From the human T2T-CHM13v2.0 reference genome, Homo sapiens: a stretch of 64,000 bases of DNA. Under the pieces are notes generated by a model, which did no database searches, was not told the DNA's origin, and worked only from the letters and a program-made list of their open reading frames with translations. Made by a program: the position numbers and the translations under genes. Position 1 is the stretch's first letter. Each line of letters begins with the position of its first letter. The stretch lies in assembly GCF_009914755.1 (NCBI RefSeq), contig NC_060939.1; one strand, written 5' to 3'. Shown piece after piece: positions 13,172 through 26,170 of the stretch.

Positions 13172-14176
13172 AGAAGGCAGAAGAAGGAGAACAAAATATC
13201 TGAAACATCTGCAACATTTAACTTCTCCTGCTTTTCTGTGCAAGACCAAGGCACTGCGGCTATGTCCTGGGACTGCTGGGCTCCTGATATCAAACGTTAA
13301 GTGGTGGCAGGTCCAGGGACATCCAGGCTGGTGGTGGCCAGGGGTCTTCTACTCCTCCCCCCACCAAACATAGCCTCCAAGAACACTGTTAAGCTCACAG
13401 AGCCACGTGTTGGCAGCCTCCCACCTCTTCTCCTCTGCCCCCAGCCTCTGCCAAAGCCACTGCTCCTCTGGACCTGAGTGGGAACCTATGGGTCCTTTGG
13501 GGCCATCGGAATTCAGAGGCTCAGAATCTCATTCTCTGATGCCTGTACAGCTTCCCAGCTTCTAGTCTGCGTGGGACTGTTAAGAGCACAATTATTTTAA
13601 GAAATGTTATCCCGATGTACTTCACAGGAAAATATCGGTAAAATTATGTTAAGCTTTGCAAATGCTGCTGGCAGAGAGAAAGAAAACTCAATTCTTTTTG
13701 TTATTGCTTCCCATTTACCTCTTTCCCCACCCTGTTTTTAACTTGTGGCCAAAAAGAAACTAAAATGAGCCCACTTTTTAAGGTTGCTCAGTTGTGATGT
13801 AAATTTCTTGCCGTTCGTTGCTTTTTAAAATTTTTTTGCCTGATTTGGTCATTCCTTTAGCTTGATATATAGTAATACATTTTTGCTTACGACTTCTAGC
13901 TTACTTTTTGTTTTTCAAAGAAGATTCTCCCAGGAGTTTTCTCAGTCACTCTGCATCTGGCAGAGATCAACTGTCCCTCTGAGTCCTGCCCAAAGCATTT
14001 CGCTCCTGGAGCCACATCCTGTTCTGCCTCATATACCAGCGAGTCATGTCCCAGTCTGTCTCCCCACTAAACTGGGAGAGCTTTGAGGCTGTCCCAGTTC
14101 CCTCTGGATTCTCAGTGCACAGGGCAAGGCCTGATATGTAGAAAGGTCTCAAAAGCAGCCAAATGAACAACTGATC

Positions 14177-14537
14177 TGATATGGTTTGGCTGTGTCCCCA
14201 CCCAAATCTCATCTTGAATTGTAGCTCCCATAATTTCTACAAATTGTGGGAGGGAACAGGTGGGAGATCATTGAATCACAGGGGTGGTTTTTCCCATATT
14301 GGTCTCATGGTAGTGAATAAGTCTTGCAAGATCTGATGATTCTATAAGGGGTTTCTCCTTTTGCTTGGCTCTCATCCTCTCTTGCCTGCTGCCATGTAAG
14401 ACGTGCTTTCACCTTCCACCATGATTTTGAGGCCTCCCCAGCCACATGGAACTGTGAGTCCATTAAACCTCTTTTTCTTTGTAAATTATCCAGTCTTGAG
14501 TAGGTCTTTATCAGCAGCATGAAAACTGACTAATACA
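14177..14537 (+). mobile_element. THE1 (THE1C/D-like) solo LTR
   Basis: tgatatggtttggctgtgtccccacc...ctgactaataca. Perfect 5-bp TSD tgatc. Confidence 0.92.
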
Positions 14538-14939
14538 TGATCAAACAAGGGAGCCCTTGAATTTCTTATTTCAAATAATTGACAATGCAGTGGAAGCCAT
14601 TTTGCTCAAAATAGCAATATCAACAAAAGTCTCCTTCTTAATTAAAAGAAGCAAAGTGAGATTGTTGCCACCAGATGAAACAGGGTGAGGGGCTGCCCAA
14701 TGGGAATAATTCTAAACACTTGTCTCAACCTGGAAGTTGCTGCAACCAGAGGGTTTCCTCCTTTCCACGGGGCCCTCTGAGTCCATCACCTGAATCCAGA
14801 GGTACAAGCGGAAGCTCCAGTTCCTGCTGTCTAAATGTTGGGCCACACAGACTCGGTAGGAATCAGGACCCAAGTACCAAAGCCTACACCTAACCCTAGC
14901 CTGAACTGCTAAACCTGTCTCCTAAAAGCCTCAAGGTTC

Positions 14940-15140
14940 GGTGGGAAAAATAAGATCTTGGGAGTGAAGCAGATGCAGGTTCAAATTCTAAGTCAACCAC
15001 TTACTGGAAGTGTGGTCCCGTACAAGTTACTAACTTCTTGGTGCCTCAGCTTCCTCATCCGTAGTATGGGTAATAATGCAGGACCTACCTTTTAAGATGT
15101 TCCCAAGGATTGAATATACTGTCACTCTTGCCTGGCATAA
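14940..15140 (+). mobile_element. MIR
   Basis: ggttcaaattc...cacttactgg...gtgcctcagcttcctcatccgtagtatggg. Confidence 0.75.
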
Positions 15141-15619
15141 TGTCCACTTCCATCCCTGGAGAAGGTAGCTGGGGCGAATTTTAAAGGCTGAGTATGAGGA
15201 AGGCAGACCAGAGGGAGAGGTTTGCTTCAGCAGCCCTGCCAAGGCTTCCAGAGCAGCTGCTTCCACACTAGTTCTGGGATGCAGGTGAGCACAGGGGCCC
15301 TCCCTCCCGGGACCTGGCTCAGGGAAAACACTTGGTAGACGTGTGGTCAATGCGTGATCCTCCTCCCGCTCACGGTCCGGCAGGGAAGACAGACAAGTGA
15401 GGGTGTCTAACAGGGCGCTATGAGGGAGTGAAGGAGGACAAGCCACCCCGGTGCTTCCCGGAGTTCCTTAGAGCCACCAAGTGACTTGTTTTCCAGCCCA
15501 GTAAATGCGTCTCTGTCATACAGCTCAGGGTACAGCTGTCATCACAACTACAAATTTGAAACCAGTCCATTCATTTCATCATCTTAGTCAAAGCTCCTTG
15601 CCAAACTAAATCTGTGTAA

Positions 15620-16040
15620 GAATCTATATAAGTATTGTCATTAAAACTGACCATATTTTTTGCCCAGTAATGTTACTTATGGGAATTTACTTAGACAAAA
15701 TAATCAGGGATTCACTCAGAGGTATGTACATAAAACTGGCTTTCATCTCAGCATTATTTATAAAATGAACCAGCAACACGTGGAAACAGCATAGATGCCT
15801 GAGGTTAGGAGATTGATTTTTAAAATATCCCAGTGTACCTCTGTATGAAAGAACACTATGCAGTCATCAAACACTTATTTGTAATAACATTATATACAGT
15901 TACATGACAAAGCAGATTGCAAATCAGCATATAGAATACGATCTCCAATTTGTGTAAATACATATAAAAATATGTGATATTTGCATGCATTTTCAGAGAA
16001 AGAAAACACATTAATAGTGGTTTCCCCCAAAGGCAATAGA
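15620..16040 (+). mobile_element. Old L1M fragment
   Basis: Degenerate L1 ORF2 end/3'UTR: cccagtaatgttacttatgggaattta, cagcattatttataa, cactatgcagtcatcaaa. Confidence 0.6.
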
Positions 16041-16067
16041 CTTTGCTGTATAAATATACAGGTTTTA

Positions 16068-16383
<316 letters not shown>

Positions 16384-17517
16384 CTAAATGGCCAAGGTCG
16401 AACCCTGACTCCACCACCTCCAAGTGTGTTGACACTGGAGTAGTTATTAACTTCCCACTTCCCAGTGCCTCAGTTTCCCCATATTAAGCATGCAGCTGCT
16501 AGCTCTCCCTACTTCCTAGAGGGTTTAATTAGGGTGCTAACAGAAGAGTGGTTCTAGATAGTGGCTGGGAACCAGTTAGCACTTGCAAGCGTAATCCATT
16601 GTTATGAGTTATTATTAGTGGTGGGATTAGGGTCATTTCAATTCTCCAGTTTATTCTTCTGTATATTTTCTATAGAAAATTGACTTACGATCATGGAAAC
16701 AAAATAATTTTTAATCCATTTTGGTCAATGAGATGAATTCAATGAAGAGATTAGTTAGAACTACTTTGCCATAATTGACACAACATCTGCTATTTCTAGA
16801 ACTAAATCAAATAAAATACAGTCAACTCTTGATTCTGCATGAAGCACATTCACTTATCTGCGGCTGCTCCTGCATTCCTGTTTTTATGGGCCTCATTAAG
16901 CACTGGATATAACATCATATGTTACAGCTCTATCTTGTGTCTGTTTACTTCCTCTCCCACAGCCAGCAGCTCAGCAAGAGCCTTGTAAACCAATTCTCTT
17001 AATGATCTATCCAGTCGGGGAAGGTGCAAATCAGTGATATGGGGAGCTTAGAGGAGAAGCCAGCAGCTCTACCTCAGAGAGGGGATGCTGCCACAACTTT
17101 TGGCACAGTTGGAGGGATGGCTAACTGCGGGGCTGAGGTCTAATGTGGGCCCTCTCTGGGCACCTCAATCTTCTATATTAGAGCCATCCAGGGTCCGTGT
17201 CCACCTGGCCATATATAACAGTGGCTGGAGGAGGGGGAGGGTCTTTAACACAATCCTGTGTGAAGATGAGAGACTGATGGAGAATGGTTGACCCCACAAA
17301 CTATGAAGAGGGTCGACCCTTTTATAACACATGCATTTTCACAATACAGGTATTCAAATGTGCGATCTCCAGTGGGTTTCTGGTATCAGGTCTCCATCCC
17401 CTCCATTAAATACACAGTTCTCTGCCTTTGTTGCAGACCTGGATGAGGCGTCACTTCTCATTTTGAGCCCACATTGCCAGATTTTCAGTCTTCATATCAT
17501 CCAAAGTCAACAATCCC

Positions 17518-17814
<297 letters not shown>

Positions 17815-18159
17815 AAAGTAAACATTCCCTCAAGAAGTTGCCAGGAGCTTTGTTCCCCTCCCTTCCCAGGTTCTCTACTCCAGCATGTGGTTCCACCATG
17901 CTGCACCACTCTGTCCATCTCTCTCTGATGTAAGAGGCTGGCTCCAGATCCTGGCCAGCTAATTCCTCCCAGGGCCACCATCACTGTTGTGTGTGCTGTG
18001 GGGATGGGGAGGCAGTTCAAGGTTCTTAGAGTTAGACATGCCATATTCTGCTTGACGGCACTGCAGTCACCCCTGTGTCCCTGCTTCCAGCTGAGGCAGC
18101 CTGGCTGCCCTCTCCAGCCTCCCCAGCAAGGCTTGACTGCAGCATCTCTTCTTGGCAAG

Positions 18160-18410
18160 CAAGAGGCAGTAGAAGGAAAAAATTCTAAGAAAAGGCATGG
18201 GCTCTGGAGACAAATAAAACTCTCTGAAAATTTGACTCTTGCATTTCATAATTGGTCCTTCATACTAAACACATTGTTTGATAAAAGGAAAATTATTCAA
18301 CCTCAGTTTTCTCAACAAATGGAAATAGTAATAATGACACCAATGTCTTTGGTACTGCATGAAATAATGCATGTGAAAGCCCAGGGCCTGGCCCATTGCA
18401 TGCACTTCAA
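18160..18410 (+). mobile_element. MIR
   Basis: gcatgggctctggagacaa...cctcagttttctcaacaaatggaaatagtaata...gaaataatgcatgtgaaagc. Confidence 0.7.
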
Positions 18411-18489
18411 AAAGTTTTATTTTTCTTTTGATTTCTCTTCTAGGCAGCATTTCATCATGATATCTCATCTGAAAGTATATTTGTTATGA

Positions 18490-18875
18490 ATTATTTGACT
18501 GCAACTAACATATAACCTACCAATGGCTTAAACGTTTAGGGATTTATTTTTCCTCATGATAAAAAGTCTGGAGGCAAGTTGCTTCTGGGGTTGGCTTACC
18601 CTGTTTGAGCAAGGATCTCTCCTATTCTCTTAGCCTCATCCTGGTCGTTGCAAGATAGCTGCATGAGTTCCAGACATCACATCTACATCTAAAGCAAGAG
18701 GAAGAGAAAAGTGGGTGGTGATCTTCTATATCTATTTTTAACAGGAAAAAAAAAAGATGAAAAAAGCTTTTCCAGAAACACCCGAGTGGACTTTTCCTTA
18801 TACTTACATCATATTGACTAGCATTGTGTCACACGGCCACCCCTGCATTAAGAGAGACTAAGAAATCACTTACTG
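18490..18875 (-). mobile_element. Ancient MaLR/ERVL LTR (MLT1J-L/LTR33-like)
   Basis: gactgcaactaaca...atggcttaaac...aagtctggagg...tgtgtcacacggccacccct. Confidence 0.6.
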
Positions 18876-18938
18876 ATTTAGTTTCTTCAGCCTCTAGCAG
18901 AAGGTGGAAAGAGAGAGGAGGGCTTGGAATAGCTGTTA

Positions 18939-19328
<390 letters not shown>

Positions 19329-19431
19329 TTATGTTTAAAATAATAATAATAAACACATAAGTAATAAACATACTTTGAAGCACATATGGTTTACCACCTA
19401 TCACGGTGGCTCTGTCTTGCCTTGGTTTCTA

Positions 19432-19580
19432 GCAGAAGTTCTCCAGCTTGGAGGCACGTTAGAATCTCCTGGGGCGCTTGTAAAAAACACCAAGGCCTGG
19501 GTCCCTTCCTCAGCGCAAGGAAAACCTCTAGGGCTGGGGCAGGGCCGTTGACTCAGGGTGAAGATCCAGGACCACTAGGT
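19432..19580. mobile_element. MER5-like hAT MITE fragment
   Basis: gttctccagcttgg...ttagaatctcctggggcgcttgtaaaaaacac. Confidence 0.55.
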
Positions 19581-19606
19581 TGGTGTCCACGGAGAGTTGG
19601 TATGCA

Positions 19607-19690
19607 CACCGCTAGAGGGCGCAGGAGATCACTCGGCCCCGAGGAGCCCTTGGTCAAGGCACCTGTAAAGTCACCCAGCCCTCTGGCGGC
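19607..19690. promoter_or_regulatory. Two CTCF-like motifs
   Basis: CCGCTAGAGGGCGC on + (19609-19622) and CCGCCAGAGGGCTG on - (19676-19689), against the CTCF core CCRSYAGRKGGCRS. Confidence 0.6.
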
Positions 19691-19849
19691 TTCCCGTTTA
19701 CCCAGGGCCAGCACCGAGGGCATAAAGGGCGTTCTAACCCACATAACAGAAGACATTGCGTTGCTATTCTGTACTTTTGTTAATTAGGTAAACTACGCCA
19801 AGAGAGGCTCAGAAACCTGCCCAAAATGAGCTGGAGCATCAGCAGGGGT

Positions 19850-20300
19850 TCCAAATGGCAGGCGTCCTCTCCCCTCTGTCCCACAAAGAACAGTCCGTCC
19901 CCTGGGCTGGGAGCTGGGCCCGGAGCCCCGGGGCAGCCCGCCCGGCCGTGCTCGCTGCGCCCCCGGGCTGCGTTCATCAAGCGCAACTCCAGGCGCGCGC
20001 CGCAACCGCGCAGGGCAACCGGGGGCTCTCCCGCCGAACCCGCCCTCACTTACATCTTTCTCGTCGCCCTTCAGGGGCTGCTAGTTTGCTAATGCTGCCA
20101 GGAAGCTCTCCTCCCAGTTTTCTAGCTGCCGTTCCAGCGAGCAGAGAGAGAGCCTCGGTGGTAATAAGCCTCGCACAGAACACAGCACTAATTCTAACGC
20201 ACAGGCGGTTCCACTTACCGTTTATGGAAAGCCACAAAGCCGGCGTGAGAACACCTAATTACCGCGTGAATTAGTGAAAAAACAGATGCGAGGTTTACAA
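19850..20300. promoter_or_regulatory. Small CpG island / putative promoter
   Basis: About 20 CpGs in 19921-20070, GC-rich and non-repetitive. It is the only such unique CpG cluster in the window. Confidence 0.8.
20054..20300 (-). other. Putative non-coding first exon(s) of a minus-strand transcript; 5' boundary unknown
   Basis: Minus-strand donors GAT|GTAAGT (intron starts at 20053) and ACG|GTAAGT (intron starts at 20218), both inside the CpG island. Confidence 0.5.
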
Positions 20301-22367
20301 AAATGTCTGCCAGTGTCTAGTAAATGGCCACAATTGATAGAGATGCTCCAAAGGCCTGCTGGGGGCAGAGGCTGGCTCAGGCACAGCCCCAACCCAAAAA
20401 ATGCTGTCAACAGTTGCCGGCACCCCCAGAGCGCGCCCCCAGTTCTCTTAGGTGAAAGGGCTGGGAAATCGTCTATGAGCAGCCACTTAATAGTCTTGTA
20501 CTCACGAACCGCAATTATCAACAACAAGCGCCACCCACAGACTCAGTGGGAATGTGTTCATGGTTAATCAATTCGATTGATCACTGTTTATTAAGTAAAA
20601 ACCTGCTTTCTAAACAGTTCCTCCCTAAATGGTGTTTTTGCAGGCTGCTAGAAAACAAGAGACTAATTGGGGCTCCTAATTTAAATCCAAGCGTGCACAT
20701 TACTAAAAGCATTCGCAGCAGGGGTGTGGGCATGGTGAACCCTCAGTCCCCCAGAGTGGCCACGCTAAAGCCGACATTCTCACATTATAAAGACCTCCCA
20801 ATCCCTGCTTTAATTTCTCCGATCAAGAAGCCACGGTGACCAGGTCAGATGAGGACATCAGGAAGGAAGTCCACTGATAATATAGATTATGGGAATATTT
20901 GAGTCCCATCGGTGCTGTTAAATTGATCGGCTCCATTCAGCACCTTGTGAATCGAGATGGGAAATCGATGGTTGGACGGGCCAGGTGCCGAGATAAGTGA
21001 CCATAGCGTATTTTTGTTATCTCCTTACAGAGAGTCATGATCTCTACCACCCTGAGTGCTCTAAATCTAAGCAAAATACAACAGAAAATCCAACACAGAG
21101 GAGGTCAGGGTGATTGCGCGATTGTGCTATAATCCAGAGAGGAAGGGGTCTGGCTGGTCCAGGGCTAAACTCTTCCTAAATGTGGCCACCCCCGCATGTG
21201 AGGAATTGGACCCAGGAGCAGCACAGCAGCTCCACTTTATCCACACCAGCTCTTCATCTGCTGCAAGTGCTGGGGGCTAAGCGGAACAGCAAGGAGACTG
21301 CCCTCCACCCCAGCTGAGGCTGCCAGTGTCAAGGCACTTCTAGCATGGGAGCCGAGCCCGCCCTCCAAAGAAGAGAGCTTTGCATTTCCTGTGTATCACC
21401 TGCCTCTGTTGCAAAATTCCCATCCATGCCTCAGGAAGATATTGCAGAGAGTGACAACCTCCCACTATTCCCGTTATTTTTCATTGTTTGATATTCAGGT
21501 CTTTTCTGCCTGCCCAGCTCAGGAATTCCACTCTCCCTAAACGAAGAGACCGTGAAGACCCTCATAACTCCCATCCATCACAGACAGAAATACCACAGAT
21601 TAGGAGCCAGTAAAGAAATAAAACACACATTTTCGCATGCAATTATATGTGAAATTACTGCATAGACAGATATCCAAACTCTCAGGAATCCAAATCAGAA
21701 ATAACATTAATTACTCCGAAAGGGTAACTAGCCAAAGGAAATTGAAGTCTTCTAGGGAGGCTGCACAAGGATTTTAATTTTCGATTAAGAAACCATTTGC
21801 GGGTTCCAATCCCCAATAGATGCAAATAACCCTATTTCCATACACTGGATGCAGAGTCAGTTTTATGTATCTCCAAAAACAGGACAGAGAAACTCTGAAA
21901 ATATTTGTCAATCGTTTCTGCACAACGTGCTGTGCCTGCAGTCTTTGCACGCCCACATGCAGGGCTGTGTTAAATCTGTCTCGACCTCAGTCTCATAAAG
22001 AAATAAAGACCAAGTTATCACCATTTGATACCCAAGCGGCAGATGCTCTTTTCCATCTGGATAATGAACATCAAAAACCTGGAATGTAGAGAGATGTGTG
22101 TTCTTGGTTACAGCGCCTGCAATGCCCCTGCTTAGCTGAGAAATATTAGGGCTCAGTAGAAACATATAAGTCACAACATCCACAATTCTGCAGGAAAGAG
22201 AGAAACTTTTAATAGGAGCGGGGCTGCATCAAAGCAACCCGTAATTAGGTACAAATTTGGCTCATGGTTCAGCAATTTCTACAGATTAGCTGTACTGACC
22301 TTCTGGAGCCCCAGGGTGCTTATTTCGCATTTGCGGTTGCAGAGTGACCTCTAGTGTTAAAAGACAA

Positions 22368-22370
<3 letters not shown>

Positions 22371-22413
<43 letters not shown>
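22371..22413. repeat. Pure T43 homopolymer
   Basis: Uninterrupted T run flanked by aagga on both sides. Confidence 0.95.
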
Positions 22414-22416
<3 letters not shown>

Positions 22417-22438
22417 GATAGCATCCAAAGTTAACATC

Positions 22439-22838
22439 TTTTTTTTTCTTTTTTTTTTTATTATACTTTAAGTTTTAGGGTACGTGTGCACATTGTGCAG
22501 GTTAGTTACATATGTATACATGTGTCATGCTGGTGCGCTGCACCCACTAACTCGTCATCTAGCATTAGGCATATCTCCCAATGCTATCCCTCCCCCCACC
22601 CCACAACAGTCCCCAGAGTGTGATGTTCCCCTTCCTGTGTCCATGTGATCTCATTGTTCAATTCCCACCTATGAGTGAGAATATGCGGTGTTTGGTTTTT
22701 TGTTCTTGCGATAGTTTACTGAGAATGATGATTTCCAATTTCATCCATGTCCCTACAAAGGACGTGAACTCATCATTTTTTATGGCTGCATAGTATTTCA
22801 TGGTGTATATGTGCCACATTTTCTTAATCCAGTCTATC
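22439..22838 (-). mobile_element. L1PA2 3' end, 5'-truncated
   Basis: Reverse 3'UTR has gatgacGAGttagtggg (not the L1HS ACA/ACG) and gcattgggaga. TSD atctttt. Confidence 0.9.
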
Positions 22839-23362
22839 TTTTATCTATCCTTACTATTGAAAGCACGAGCTGTAACACACCTTTGGGGAAAAGTCCCTGG
22901 GAAATCTCCATAAGGTAATCAGATACAGATGTGACTTTTTGTTGTGTGCAAATCACCGTTAGAGACTGTTCTAAACCTTCTGTCATGGAAATTTCCAAAG
23001 GGTTTACACATTTCAGAGAATATCTATGTTGGCTCTTTTTTTCCTCTTTTTGTTATATATTGGGGTTATGTGAAATTTTATTTTTAAAAATGTATGTGCC
23101 TTATGATGCTCTCTGGCCTATAGACAATTAAATAACTTATTATTCCCTCTTAAGGAGAATGGGCCCAACATTGACCCCAAACAGAGCCTGAAGTTTTTGC
23201 CTTAATTCCTTGAAAATAAAAATGATGGGAATCACAGCAGAAACTCTTTGGGACCAGGGCCGAGTTCACAGTGACAGCTCATTCTTGCCACTGTTGGCCC
23301 TAGTTGGGACTTGGAGTGCAGTGAGCAGGAGACAGTGTTTGCTGGGCACCAGTTGAGCTGGC

Positions 23363-24716
23363 CAGAGCCAGTTACAGAATGCACAGGGCCCAGTGCAAAG
23401 TGAAAATGCTGGGCCCCTTTTCCAAAAAGCAGGAAAGAAGGTGCCAGGAAAGGTACTAAAATATAAGGACTTTTCCTTTCTCCTGCTGTCTCTCTTTTGA
23501 CTTGCAGTGTTATTATTTGCTATTTAATAGCTGCTAGGTTTGGAAAAATTAAACGTAAATTGATAGCACGAATCTTACCATTCCTGTGCCTTGCCATCTT
23601 ACAATACTAATGGAAGCATTTAGCTCAAAGCATGTAGCTCACATGCAGAATCACAGAAATTATAGAATTTGTATTTCCTAACTTATACATAAATAGGTTT
23701 GGGGGCGGTGAGGTTTAACCAGTACAGATGATTGCATTCAGAGGCACACAATGGCACAATCGCCCTGGCCTTTCAACCAATCCCTTACTGGAAATGCTGC
23801 ACAAAAACTAGCTTTGCTGGTTTTATTTCATTTCTGGATATGCATACATTCTACCAGCACCCTCTGCCTTCGAGTTACTGAGGATTAAGACAGGACTGAA
23901 GGCCAGGTGCAGTGACTCACGCCTGTAATCCTAGCACTTTGGGAAGCCAAGGCAGATGGATCACTTGAGCCCAGGAGTTGGAGACCAGCATGGGCAATAT
24001 GGTGAAATCCCATCTTTACAAATAATACAAAAAAAAAGTTTCTGGGTGTGCTGGCATGCCCCTGTAGTCCCAGCTACTTGGGAAACTGAGGTGGCAGGAT
24101 TGCTTGAGCCCAGGAAGCAGAGGTTGCAGTGAGCTGAGATCGTGTCACTGCACACCAGCCCTGGTGACAGACCAAGACCCTATCTCAAAAAGAAAAGAAC
24201 GAAAAGAAAGGCTAGTTCCCTTTCCTCCTATGTCATAACTACTGGCATAAGTGGTTGACTAACACAGAGAAACAACAGGAATGAAAAAGAATATGCTAGG
24301 CTTCCTTGGCTGATGATGTCCTTAGAACATCATATCCTTCTTTCCATTTTGAGTCAAATTCTAGTTTGAATGGAAAGCATGGCCCATCAGGCCCATACTT
24401 AATCAAAGATGTAACACTTGTACTCACTTTGAGTAATCTTGTTCTCACTTTGAGTCTTTCTGAACTCCCACCATCATGGGAGCACCAGAATTCTGTGCTC
24501 ATGAGGCAAGGAATGGCAGCAAACACACATACCACGCGTATCTCCTCTGCTCAGGTGCATGCTGTATTGTCCCATTGGACTTCATCACAAGTGTAAAGAT
24601 AAAATCATGGAGTATTTAAAGATGGCAATGGCAGAGGATTCAACCATGCACAGGGCTCTTCTGAACATGAGTCCCTGTGTGACTGCAGAGGTCAAATGCC
24701 CATGAAGCCAGCAGGG
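23363..24716 (-). mobile_element. MER45B-like hAT-Tip100 element (about 1.05 kb) interrupted by an AluJ
   Basis: MER45-type ends cagagccagttac...gggcccagtgcaaagtgaaaatgc and gtccctgtgtgactgcagaggtc...cccatgaagccag. Confidence 0.75.
23901..24195 (+). mobile_element. AluJb-like
   Basis: J diagnostics: cacttgagcccaggag, ggcaggattgcttgagcc. Confidence 0.9.
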
Positions 24717-25049
24717 GCTGGGGAAGCTGGCCTTCTGGCAACTGATGCACCTGGGTGCCGTAGAAGCAGAGAGTGGGACATCCCTACAGACAGAGTGGCT
24801 GGGGGAGGCTTCATGGTGCCCATCCTGTCTAGGAGGAATAAGAATGTGACTGAGACTGTTTTTCCTAGGGCAGCCCCACACGTAAATATAAAAATCAATC
24901 TTCAAAGTTTTCACAGTGGATCCTCCAACACTTGTGAAGCAGGGGAAATGTAATCCACCGCATTTACACTGAGGAATTAGAGACTTGGAGAGATGGGGCA
25001 ACGAATGGCATAACGGCACCCAGCCCTGGGTGAGTGGGGCTCTGGGATC

Positions 25050-25460
25050 CCGAACCTCAACACTGCTCCCTTGTTGCACTTGGCTGCTCTGACCTCCTTG
25101 CTTTTCTCACAGGAGGCATGCTCCTGCCACAGCCTTGTTCCAATGCTACCCTTTCAATGAGACACACGGTCATCAAACCAATCACAATTGCAGTTCCCCC
25201 ACCCACCCCCCACACACACCTATCTGCCTCCATTTTTGTATTTCTGGAATAACACTTGTCACCTCCTAACCTACCATGTGATTTGCTTATTACATGCATT
25301 GTGTATTGTTTGCCTCCTCCAGCTAGAATGTAGGCATCACAAGGGCAGAGCCATTTGTCTAATAATTTCACTCCTGGATCCCAAGTGCCCAGAACAGAGA
25401 GCCCAGCAATGAGCAGGCCCTCATTAGGCGTGTGTTGAATGAATGAGTCAATTAATGAAA
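25050..25460 (+). mobile_element. L2a 3' end
   Basis: ctagaatgtaggcatcacaagggcagag...gttgaatgaatga. Confidence 0.75.
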
Positions 25461-25644
25461 TGCACATGACAAATTACTGTCCGTGCCATCTTATAACTCT
25501 CCATCCTAGCCCCTGATACTGTTTCTTGGTCTTTCAGAATGTTCCCAACTAGAATGGAAAAGGCAGGAATTTGACCCTGGGGATGGCAGCCATTCCTTCT
25601 GGAGAGTTTGCTTCACCAGATTCCTATTAGCAGTGTATATGGTA

Positions 25645-26170
25645 GCATTGACAGCTAATTTTATGTGTCAACTTGACTGGGCTAAGAGATGCCCAGATAG
25701 TTGATAAAACCTTATTTCAGGATGCGCCTGTGTGGGTGTTTCTGGAAGAGATTGGCATTTGAATCAGTAGACTGAGCGAAGACGATCACCTTCCCCAGGG
25801 TGGAAGGGCATCATCCAGTCCTATGAGGACTCAAATAGAAGAAAAAAGCAGAGAAAGGGCAAATTTCCTCTCTCTCCTTGAGCCGGGTCTTCCATCTTTT
25901 CATGACTTTGGACATTGGCTCTCAGACTTTTAGACTTGGACTCGGGCTTACCCCATCAGTCTCCTAGTTCTCAGGCGTCTGAGTTGGACTGGAACCACAC
26001 CACCAGCTTTCCTGGGCCTCCAGCTGGCAGACAGCAGATCGTGGGACTTCCCAGCCTCCATAATCATGTAATCCGTCAATCCCTCACAGTAAATCTCTTC
26101 CTACATTTCTATATCTATAAGTATACATATAGATATATTCTATTGGTGTTTCCTGGAGAACCCTAATACA
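25645..26170 (+). mobile_element. MLT2 (ERVL) solo LTR
   Basis: taattttatgtgtcaacttgactgggc...tttcctggagaaccctaataca. Confidence 0.85.

Noticed and set aside
19850-20300. Naming the host gene (an unverified impression of an upstream alternative first exon such as that of PRICKLE2)
   Set aside because: No coding sequence in the window supports any gene name; only a BLAT search can settle it.
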